A stretch of 64,000 nucleotides of DNA from Ostreococcus lucimarinus. Taxonomy: Eukaryota. Each line of letters starts with the position of its first letter. Within the stretch, counting starts at the first letter, position 1. This document shows, in pieces, positions 1-9,700 of this stretch. The position numbers were made by a program, and so were the translations under genes. Under the pieces are notes generated by a model that was not told the origin of the DNA, ran no database searches, and saw nothing but the letters and a program-made list of their open reading frames with translations. The DNA lies in assembly GCA_000092065.1 (NCBI GenBank), contig CP000581.1; one strand, written 5' to 3'.

Positions 1-151
1 GCAGCAGGTTCAGCGCTTGCTCGTACACCTCGAGCGCGCGCTTGATCGACCCCGCACCGTACAGCGCGTTCGCCTCATCCTTCAGCTCGACGGCGCGCTG
101 CGTGAAGACTTCGTCGTCGGGGTCTTCGCCACCGCGGTGCGCGCTCTTCAT
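1..151 (-). CDS. 5' end of a TPR-repeat protein; partial, runs off the window start
   Basis: The minus strand from ATG (151..149) reads MKSAHRGGEDPDDEVFTQRAVELKDEANALYGAGSIKRALEVYEQALNLL with no stop down to position 1. The KDEANALYGAGSIKRALEVYEQALNL stretch is a classic TPR helix pair. The ORF track omits it because it has no stop inside the window. Confidence 0.45.
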   Translation of the reverse strand, partial: MKSAHRGGEDPDDEVFTQRAVELKDEANALYGAGSIKRALEVYEQALNLL

Positions 152-334
152 CGCGAGCTTCGTCGTCGGCGCGTCTCTCGCGTTTGTCGTTCGTTCGCTT
201 CGCGCGCGCGTCGGTCGCGTCGCGTCCGCGCGCGTCGCGGTGCGCCGTCGTCGACGCGTCACCCAGCCAATCCCTTGAGGGTTTCGCCTAGGGTGGGTCG
301 CTCGCACACCCGGGTGTTCCGAGTCCCGACCCGT

Positions 335-409
335 ACTGTTCGCGCATACAGGTCGGTCGCCGCGAGCATCGGTGTCACTGTTTGCGCATACAGGTCGGTC
401 GCCGCGAAC
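335..409. repeat. Imperfect direct repeat of a ~31 bp unit, two copies (CTGTTCGCGCATACAGGTCGGTCGCCGCGA / CTGTTTGCGCATACAGGTCGGTCGCCGCGA) spaced ~43 bp, inside the divergent promoter between the TPR gene and the gene at 463
   Basis: Read directly from the sequence at 335-365 and 378-409; one mismatch between copies. Confidence 0.6.
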
Positions 410-462
410 CGAACGGTCGCATCGCCGGACGTCGTCGCGCGCGCCACCGTCGCGCGCGCGCG

Positions 463-1806
463 ATGTCGGCGATGCGCCGCCGCGAGAGATTGCTGCTCAA
501 GCGGCGCGTGCGTCGGTGCGGGCGCCTCGCGCTGTGCGTCGGGTTGCTGTGCGCGGGGCTCGTCATCGCGCGACGCCGCGCGTGGACGTGGACGGACGCG
601 GACGACGACGACGACGGCGGCGACGGCGGCGGCGCGGGACGCGGGTTCGGACGCGCGTCTTCGCGGCGACGCGGGTTCGCGGCGCGCGATGCGGCGCGCG
701 CGCCGGCGCGCGACGCGCCGGAGGGCGAACCGACGCGCGCGGTGGACGGCGCGGCGTCGACGTGCGGCGTCGGCGGGTCGGCGTTCGGCGAGCGAGGATG
801 CGCGAACGAGCGCGCGTATCCGGATTTAGACGTCGTGAGCGTGGCGGTGAAACCGTCGTGCGTGAACGCGGTGGCGGTGGCGGCGTTGAATCAGTACGTG
901 GGGCCGAGGAGGATCGTGGTCGTGGCGCCCGATGAGACGCGGTGCGAGACGTTTCGCGGCATGGCGACGAACGTGGAGTGTCACGCAGAGGACGCGTTTA
1001 TACGCGGGTTGACGAAGGATGCGGTTTCGTGGTATTTGGAGGACGCGTACGGAGATTCGCTCGGACGCGATGGCGCGCGCGCGCGATTCGTCGGTCGAGA
1101 ATTGGGAGGGTGGTATTTACAACAGTTGATCAAGCTCGGCGCGGCGACGTCGACGGCCATCGCGCATCCGCCGCTGAGCCGAAAGTTTTTGCTGTGGGAT
1201 TTGGACATGATCCCCTTGCGCCCGTTGACGCTGTTCAAGGGAGAGATTCCAGTGAGACAAATCGGTGGTAACGTCATCAAGTCGTACGAGGCGGCGTACG
1301 AGACGCTCACGGGTGATCGTCTGAAGTACGCCAAGGATGGTACGTCCTACGTCACGCATCAAATGGTCGTCGACGCGTCCATCATGGAGGAGATGCTCGA
1401 TGCGTTCGCACGCAAAGCTGATCGCACAGACGAACTAGCGACGACAAGCGACGAACTCCCGCGATGGGCTACCGCGGTTTTGCAATCGTTGAACCGCAAA
1501 GATCTCACGCTCGGCTTTAGCGAATACGCGACGTACGCCTCGTACGTCGTCGATAATCACCCGTCCGAGGTGTCCGTGGAATCGCGCAAAAAGTGGGCGC
1601 GCGCGAGCGGTGGCAAGCTTGGGATATCGTTCCAGCGCTGGATCAACCACGATGGTCTGTGTTGCCCGGGTCCGGGCGTGCTCGGGTTGATGAAATCTCG
1701 ACGGTTCGATTACGTGGGGCACGAAATCGGTCACGTAGAATCGTGCCGATACGACTCTCCCGAACACGAGTTCTCGTACGGGTTACCCATCACTGTGCCG
1801 GACTGA
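463..1806 (+). CDS. Hypothetical type II membrane protein with the layout of a Golgi glycosyltransferase (short basic cytosolic tail, one TM, acidic/Gly-rich stem, ~330 aa globular domain containing LWDLDMIP)
   Basis: Long ORF 382..1806 with the first ATG at 463 (MSAMRRRERLLLKRR...). The TM segment is LALCVGLLCAGLVIA and the stem is DADDDDDGGDGGGAG. The C-terminal domain has non-degenerate composition. I do not recognise the family, so the function is inferred from topology only. Confidence 0.5.
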   Translation: MSAMRRRERLLLKRRVRRCGRLALCVGLLCAGLVIARRRAWTWTDADDDDDGGDGGGAGRGFGRASSRRRGFAARDAARAPARDAPEGEPTRAVDGAASTCGVGGSAFGERGCANERAYPDLDVVSVAVKPSCVNAVAVAALNQYVGPRRIVVVAPDETRCETFRGMATNVECHAEDAFIRGLTKDAVSWYLEDAYGDSLGRDGARARFVGRELGGWYLQQLIKLGAATSTAIAHPPLSRKFLLWDLDMIPLRPLTLFKGEIPVRQIGGNVIKSYEAAYETLTGDRLKYAKDGTSYVTHQMVVDASIMEEMLDAFARKADRTDELATTSDELPRWATAVLQSLNRKDLTLGFSEYATYASYVVDNHPSEVSVESRKKWARASGGKLGISFQRWINHDGLCCPGPGVLGLMKSRRFDYVGHEIGHVESCRYDSPEHEFSYGLPITVPD

Positions 1807-1861
1807 CGCGCATTCAGTTTCGGTTGACGCATTTAAAGTTGTAACTTTCACAACAACGTCG

Positions 1862-3387
1862 TTATTTAGAGCTACCTACGTTCCAAAATCTCAGCTGTCC
1901 GTCGTCGCCGCCGCTGCACAGCCGTTCGCCTCCGTGGTAATCCACGGCGAAGTTTTTCCCGTCGTGCGACGAAACGCTGTGCAGTGGCACTCTACCACGA
2001 ATATCCCATAACTTGACTTTTCCGTCGTATCCACTACTCACGATGTGATGCTCGTTTGTTGGACTCCATCGAACGCACGACACCCACCCCTGCGTTTCAA
2101 ATCGCGCGCGTCAGTCAATCGGCGAAACAATTCATTCCGCGAAACAAATTTTTGCGCGCCGCTCGCAAAGTCTCAGTAAAAAATTAGAGTGATTGATTGT
2201 GCCCTCACGCACGAGTGTCGGGAATCAAAAGTGTGTTCATCACTGACTTTGCGAACGGGCGCGAGCGCGAGCGAGAGTACACATGACGACAAACTTACCT
2301 CGTGAGATTTGAGCTTCAGGCACGCCTTTGCCGACGCCGACTCTCGCGGATCCCACACGTTAACCAGGCGGTCGCTCCCCCCGAAAGCGAACCTACTTCC
2401 TCCCCTCGAGACATCCAAGGTATGGACTGAACTGTTCGTATGATGAGACTCCTTCTCTTCGCCAGTCTCCACGTCCCACGCTCGGATCGTATTATCGTAT
2501 GCGCCGGTCCAAAGTACTTGCGGGCTTTCCCAGGAAACCGCTCGCACTTGATCCGTGTGCCCACGCAACACGAGCTCCTCGCCGAGACCAATTTTCGCGC
2601 TCGCATCGTCGACCATCGCGTCGTCGTCTGTAGCCTCCGATTTCTTCGATGTTCTGCGCTTCTTCGTTACCTTTTCGTTCGCCGACTCGCCACCGTCGAT
2701 TTTCCACACTCGCGCCGTGCAGTCGACGGAACACGAGGCGAACAGTCGAGCGCCGTACGCGCTCGCGACGTCCGTCACAGTGCCCTCGTGACCCTTGAAA
2801 ACACGCTGCTCCCCGAGTTCACACTTTTTCCCAGTCAGCGTCACCGCATACGATCGCAAGGTGTGATCCGCCGAAGCCGCTAACACCACACACGCGTTTT
2901 CTGCGTCCGCGCCGGCGCTCGGCGGCGCCAAGCTCACCGAGCACACGCGCTCTTCCGCGCCTTCCAACTCGCACAGCAACTTACCCACGGGTGACCACAA
3001 CCGTGCTTTACCGTCGAAGGACCCCGTGACGACCGCTTTCGCCCAACTTCCATCGATCGAGCTCACCCACGCCTCGCATTTCGTCGTCTCAGCCGCCGTC
3101 GGCGGTCCCAGCGCCGGCACGTACTCCACCACCAGCGTCGCCTCCGCGCTCTTCCCGAGCCTCAGCGCCAACTTCGCCAGCGACGTGCGCAAAAGCGTTC
3201 CATCGATGAGGAAATCAAACGGCGTCGGCGTCGTCGCGCCGAGCAGGTGATTCACCACCTCGCTCAAGCCGTACCTCGTCAGCCGGCCCGGCACCTCGAT
3301 CGCGCTCTCACTCACGCGAAACTCCTCGGGCAGGCGCGTGACGAAGCTCACCGCGATCTCGACATCGCTCGCGTCCTCGTTCGACAT
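1862..3387 (-). CDS. WDR12: Ribosome biogenesis protein WDR12/Ytm1 homolog. Two exons: complement(2299..3387) and complement(1862..2089); intron ~2090..2298 (GTAAGT...CAG)
   Basis: N-terminal NLE/ubiquitin-like domain (MSNEDASDVEIAVSFVTRLPEEFRV...LSEVVNHLL) followed by WD40 repeats. The C-terminal WD repeat (GWVSCVRWSPTNEHHIVSSGYDGKVKLWDIR...) is a separate 73-aa ORF in the track. The two parts join in phase 0 through a GAG|GTAAGT donor and a CAG acceptor, giving ~438 aa like WDR12. The ATG at 3387..3385 was checked. The upper intron edge is +/-1 nt. Confidence 0.85.
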
Positions 3388-3756
3388 CGCCCTCGCGGTT
3401 TCCCGCGCGCCGTCGCGCGTCGTCGACGACTTCGCGTCGGCGAGCGCCGGCGGCTGCGCTTTTTCGTCGTCGCCCGAGGGCGCCTCACGTCGCGCGCGGG
3501 CGTTCGATCGCTCGTCACGCCCCGCTCGCGCGCGCGCCGATACCGTCGCTCGCGCTCGAAGTCGCGCCGCGCGTCTTTCGGCGCGTCGCCGGCCGCGCGC
3601 GTCGCCGAATGGCGACGCCGCGCTGTCCCCTTGGACGGTCGTTGCGGGCATTCGCCGCATACGCGCGCGCGCGCACCGTCCGTCGCGCGCGCACGAGCCG
3701 CGCAACGCGCGCAAAGTCGCGTGCGACGTCGCGCGCGCGCACACCGCGCGCGAGCG

Positions 3757-6700
3757 ATGTTCATCGCGCGGCGTCGGTCGTCGAACGAGGGCACCGTCCC
3801 GGGCGGAGCGGCGAACGCGGCGCCGTCGATCGTGCCCACGGGCGCGCGCGATGACGCGAGCGCGACGTCGCGCGCGGCAGAGCGGCGCGGTAGTGATCTC
3901 GCGTCGGGCGATGGTGGCGCGGAGCGGGCGGGAGGGACGAGCGGGACGGTGAACGCCGTCGTGGGATCGCAACCCGCGCGCGAACGCGCGGGCGCGACGT
4001 CGACGAGCGTGGCGAGGAAAAGGAGTTTCAATCGCTCGCGCACGGCGAAGGAGGACACGTTGAACGCGCTGCTCGAAAAACTGTGTGCGATCGATGTCGT
4101 GGATGAGGACTCGAGGGGATCGATGGAAGACGACGGGGCGCTGCGGGAACGCGTGGAGACGGAGGCGCGAAGCGCGAACCCGGCAGACTTTCTCAAGTTT
4201 AGAAACGCGGTACACGAACGTGTGGATACGATGATCACGGGCGAGGACGTAGCGAGAAAGCTCGGGGGACTGCGCGCGATTGATCAGCTCATCGAGGTGG
4301 AGTTTGGCGAGGAGGTCGAAAAGGTGAAGAAGTTTGCAGATTACTTGCTCGACGTCGTGAGCACGAGTGCGGAGGACTTGCTCGGATCGTCGTTGACGGA
4401 TGAACACAGAGAGCACCCTGTGGCGATTAATGATCCACTTTGGAGTAATGCGCGCGCGCGCGAACTCGTGGAGATGATGAGCCTGGTCTTAGGTCGATTG
4501 GTTTTGCACAGCGGGGCGTTGACGACTGAAATCGTCGACTCGCACGTGCAGCGTGCCATCGAGTTGTTGAACGCGGACGACGGGAATCAAGACGTGGTGA
4601 GCATGAAGCACTACGCCGCAGCTCTGACGCTGACCGAACTCGCGCGCAATGCGCCTACGATCTTCAACGTCCACGTACCAATTTTTATCTCGTCCATCTG
4701 GACCGCTTTGCGCGATCCATCTTTGAGAGTGCGCGAAGTCGCTGTCTTGGCGCTTCGCGAGTGTCTGATGGTGACGGAGCGCCGAGAGACGAGATATCGC
4801 GTGCAGTGGTACTACGCGTTGTACGAAGCCTGTCGAGCAGGATTGAAGCAAACTTCGAAAGTAGAAGAGATACACGGTTCATTGTTGGTGTTCGGCGAAT
4901 TACTGAGACACACTGGCGAGTTCATGTTGAGTCGCTATCGCGAAGTGGCGTTGACGATTTTGCGGCTTCAAGATTTTAAGAAGTCAATCATACGACGAAC
5001 GATCGTGAGTTTGATTCCCAAGTTAGCAGCATTTAGTCCACAGCGCTTCGCGGAGTCGTACCTGGTCGAGTCGTGTGCGTTGATCCTCACGACGATTCGC
5101 TCGCCGAACGATAGCGGCGCCGGCTTTCAAGCGCTCAGTCACCTCGCCGACGCAATGTCGTCAGTGATAGACGTTGATTCAGATGAAGTCACAGTTGGCA
5201 GCTCTTTACTGAGGTACTTGCCGGAAGTGAGTGCGGTAATGTACGACATGTTTACGTCTCGAGCAAGAGGACCGAACGCGTATCCAGAGGCGCTCGAGTG
5301 CGCCGGGGCTTTGATGAATTCGCTCCACTTAGCGTGGAAGCCGCATTTCGTAAACTTGTTGATGCCTATGTTCACCGCGGGGTTGTCCAAGTCGCTCGTC
5401 ATAGGGCTTGAATCTGCAGCCCAAGGTGCACCGGATCTGTTGCCGTCTATCCAATTGAAACTGGCAGACGCTATTGCGAGCGCGATTCATCAGGAACCGA
5501 CGACGGAGAAGAGCTGCCCGATGCCACCGAACAAAAAGATCGTGCAACTGGCGCTCAAAACGATGCGAACTTTCCCGTTCGAACCGACAGTGTTACTTCG
5601 ATCGATTCGCAAAAATGTCATTTGCTACCTGGACGATTCGTCAGCTGAGTCACGACTCGAAGCGGCGCTGACGTGTTGCAGCGCGTTGCGCCTCAGAGTG
5701 GGATCGAGCAAGAGCGTGACGACCGCGGTGGAGAACATCATGGAAGCGCTCATTCCAGTGGCGGTCGGCGACAACGATGCATCGATCAGAAATGCGCTGT
5801 TGACTGAATTTTGCAGGCCGAGCGCATCGATAGATTCGTACCTATCGCAGGCAAAATCTCTCAGGGCGTTGTTTTTGACAGTGAACGACGAGAGTGTTGC
5901 CATACGCATGTTAGGTATTGAGCTGCTTGGACGCTTGGCGACGAGGAATCCGGCGTACGTCCTTCCAGCACTACGTGTGCACATGCTGCAGCTTTTAGCT
6001 GAGCTCGAATATAGTAGCGAATCCCTGCATAGAGAGGAGAGTGCCAAGGTGATGGCGGTGATGATTCGCAGTTGTCCGCGGCTCGTCTCGCCGTATCTCT
6101 CCCCTATCTTGCGTTGCCTCATGTCTACGTTGAAGGCGGAAGAAGGCGGAGCGGCGAAGAGCTCGAAATCAAAACAAGACTCATCAGCACCGTCGAGCGC
6201 ATCTGTGGGAACTGCCGCGACCACGTTGCGACGAACATCATCATCCAAACAGACGTCGGCCATTGCGCCGTCGAAAAAACACGATATCACTGGCCGCGAA
6301 AAGGCAGCAGTACTTGGCACGATCGGCGAGCTTGCAAATGTTAGTGGATATGGCATCACGCCATTTGTTCAAGAGCTTCTCATTCTTCTATTGATAGCGC
6401 TGAAATCGGCAAGCACTCGCGACCATGCCGTCGTGACTCTCGGCAAGCTCATCGAGAGCTCGGGATACGTCGCTGAGCCGTTCACGACGCACCCGCAGCT
6501 TTTGCCACAGTTGCTCCGAATGCTGGCAAACGAACGCGGTATTGTCAGGAGCGAAGTACTGCGGACCCTGGGAATTCTTGGTGCGCTCGATCCGCATGCG
6601 CACAGAGGAAATGAAATTCGTTTGCACGGAGAGGGTGTACTAAGCGAAGAGGGCGTGCGCGGTGTGCGACAAGCGAGACTGAGTATGAAGATCGACGATG

Positions 6701-9700
6701 GCGCGACGGACAGCGCGCAGGTCGATGATTTAGGCAATAATGATGACGGTGACGAAGAGCTGGATATACTACCGATGCTTCATTTGACGTCGCTATCCGA
6801 TGACTATTACCCGACGATAGCGCTGAATTCGTTACTTCGTGTGCTGCGAGATCCTTCGCGCACGAGCGTTCGTCACATGGTGGTGCGAAGCATCGTGTAC
6901 ATTTTCCAAGTCCTCGACACGGCTTGTGTTCAATATTTACCTAGCGTCGTCCCAGTCATGCTGAGTGTGATTCGAACGAGTGATGATAGCCTGCGTGAAG
7001 GAATGTTTGTGGAGCTCGCTACTCTGGTGGGTGTCATCAAGGCACATATTCGCCGATACTTGTCGGACATCTTCGAGCTGATGAATATTGCATGGGATAG
7101 AAGCGGGATGTCCAAAAATACGCTGCTTTTGTGCGAAGAGCTTTCCGTCGCTTTGAACGACGAGTTCAGAAGGAGTTTACCCATGATTGTTCCTCGCATA
7201 GTTTCGTCGCTCGCAGAGGCTGAGCGCTTGCGCAGGTACGATTCAGTACCGTATATTCTTCACGCCTTGGAGACGTTCGGAACTTCGCTCAACGATCACC
7301 TCTACTTGATACTTCCGACGCTTGTGCGCATTTTTAAACCAAGCGTTTTGGATATGCCGCTTGACATCAAAAGAGGCGCTCTGCAGTCTCTGCGCAGACT
7401 GCTACCGCGCATGCGCTTGGCGGACCAGGCTGGGATTGTCGTTCACGCGTTGACGAGAGTATTGGACGTGGAGGACGTAGAGCTTCGTTTAGATGTACTA
7501 AACGTGCTCATATCGTTGGAGGTGTCTCTTGGGCGCGAATATGCGCTCTTCTTGCCCGTCGTAAAGCGTGCTGTTTCAAAGTGCGGCGTCAAGGATCCGG
7601 CGTTTGACGACATGGTCAAGCGAGTCGAAAGTGGTAATCCGCTACTCTTCGATGACCTTGAATCTGAATCGCTATTAATCGCGTCAGCCACGGAACATAG
7701 AAAACCTGTGCTTCAAAAGCATCTTTCAGTGAACCAACTTGCCGTTCGCCGCGCTTGGGAGAGCAGTCAGCGGTCTACCAAGGAAGATTGGCTAGAATGG
7801 ATGCGAAAACTTGCGTTGGATCTGTTGAAGAGCTCACCACTGCCGTCGCTACGAGCGTGCAGTGAGTTAGCGCAAGTGCAGCCGAATCTTGCTAGGGATC
7901 TATTTTGCGCTTCGTTTGTTTCGTGCTGGGCCGAGCTGAATGAAAGCCATCGAGAGATTCTAGTGCGCTCGCTGGAAGCCGCTCTCGGAAGCCCGACCAT
8001 TCCTCCTGAGATCGTCTCAGTTTTGCTCAATCTCTGCGAGTTCATGGAACACGATGAAAAGCCAATTCCAGTTGACGTGCGGACGTTGGGTATGATTGCT
8101 GAACGCTCCAGAGCTTACGCCAAAGCTTTGCACTACAAAGAACTTGAGTTCATAACGAACCCAGGTGCGTGCGTCGCAGCCATCATCGCCATCAACAACC
8201 AGTTGCAACTTCCCGAGGCGGCTCGAGGTGTGCTCGTGTACGCGCAAGAAAACTTGACGGTCGACATCAAAGAGTCGTGGTACGAGAAACTTGAACAATG
8301 GGACGATGCTTTGGAAGCGTATAAAAGAAAACTGGACGAGCTCGCCAGCGTGGATTCACCTCAAGCGATGGAAGAAAGACGTGAAGCGATGGTGGGGCAG
8401 CTTCGATGCTTGAACGCACTCGCGGAGTGGGAAGAAATTCAGAGAATCTACGAAGCTGGGAATCAAGCAAACGTCGATTGGGACGAGTATCGCAACGATG
8501 TTACTACGATTGCCGCGAAAGCTGCTTGGCATCTTGGAGATTGGGAGCAGATGGAGATTTGTACGAATCAACTTGATAGAGATCAAAATATCCGGGGTCG
8601 TCTCCCAAACGCCGACCGTGTCGATGCGATCGGCAAGCGTACGTCCAGCGTAGTGAACACTACTGATTGTGACTTTTACAAGTCCATTCTCGCCATCCGT
8701 CGAGGCGCACAGGACGAGGCGCGGGAGCATCTTGCCGCCGCGCGCGAGATGCTCGGCACGGAACTCGCGGCTCTCGTGAGAGAGTCTTACGACCGTTCTT
8801 ACGGAGCGCTCATACGAGCGCAACAGCTAACTGAGCTGGATGAAGTGATTGAATACGCGCAACTGACTGCGGTCGCTTCACCCGCGGCTGCGCGGCGACA
8901 AGAGATCATTCGAAAAATGTGGCGCGATCGAATCTACTTGGTCAAGCGTGACGTCGAGGTCTGGCAAGAGCTCTTGCAAGTTCGCTCATTGGTGTTGCCC
9001 ATGAGCGAAGAAACTGATATATGGCTTAAGTTTGCCTCTCTGAACCGCAAACAAGGGCGCGACCGTCAATCACGTCGAACGTTGTTGCGCCTCCTTGAGT
9101 ATGACCCAATCATGTGTGCCGAGGGCAAGCCAGGATTCGGCGCGGGTTCTGGGCGCCCTAAAGTCATGTTTGCGTTCGTGAAGCACTTGTGGCACACAGG
9201 ACAGAAAAGGCAAGCTTTTATGCGTCTTCAATCTCTCGCACACGAGTTGCGAGTGCAATTGGAAAACATGCGCGCTTCTGGTCAGACAGAGACGGATCAC
9301 AACAAGACGGTCTCGCGAGCTTTTCTCAAACTCGGCAAATGGCGCTGGGCGCTCACCGATAGTATGAACGATGAAACACTGACTGATGTGCTCATGGCGT
9401 TCAGAACCGCGACATCTGCGGACCAGCATTGGTCCAAGGCGTGGCATCACTGGGCATTGTTCAACGCCACGGCCATGGAACATTTCCATCGCCAAGGTGG
9501 TGCGTCAACAAAGGATGCGATGCAGCACGTCGCGCCAGCAATCAGTGGATTTTTCCGATCAATCTCTTTGGCAGGCTCATCCATGAAAGCCAAGGGTGGA
9601 TCACTGCAGGACATTCTACGCCTGCTCACACTTTGGTTCAATCACGGTGGCTCGCCCGAAGTCGAAACGGCCTTGATCGCTGGGTTTGGACACGTAAACA

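Noticed and set aside
17-935. Overlapping Arg-rich ORFs (17..829+, 372..935+, 375..566-) at the window start
   Set aside because: They arise from GCGCGCGACG-like low-complexity DNA in the divergent promoter and the 5' end of the glycosyltransferase-like gene. Composition is non-protein-like (RRRRRR runs). They overlap a better gene model.
1801-1810. GACTGACGCG motif exactly at the stop codon of the 463..1806 gene
   Set aside because: It looked like the intronic branch motif, which would suggest a 3' intron removing the stop. But the only downstream acceptor lies inside the WDR12 terminal exon on the other strand. The protein already ends plausibly. GACTGAC contains TGA by chance.
3247-3756. 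N-terminal 170 codons of the TOR track ORF, which starts at GTG 3247
   Set aside because: The region overlaps WDR12 exon 1 on the opposite strand, is Arg-rich junk, and starts at a non-ATG. TOR homology begins after the ATG at 3757.
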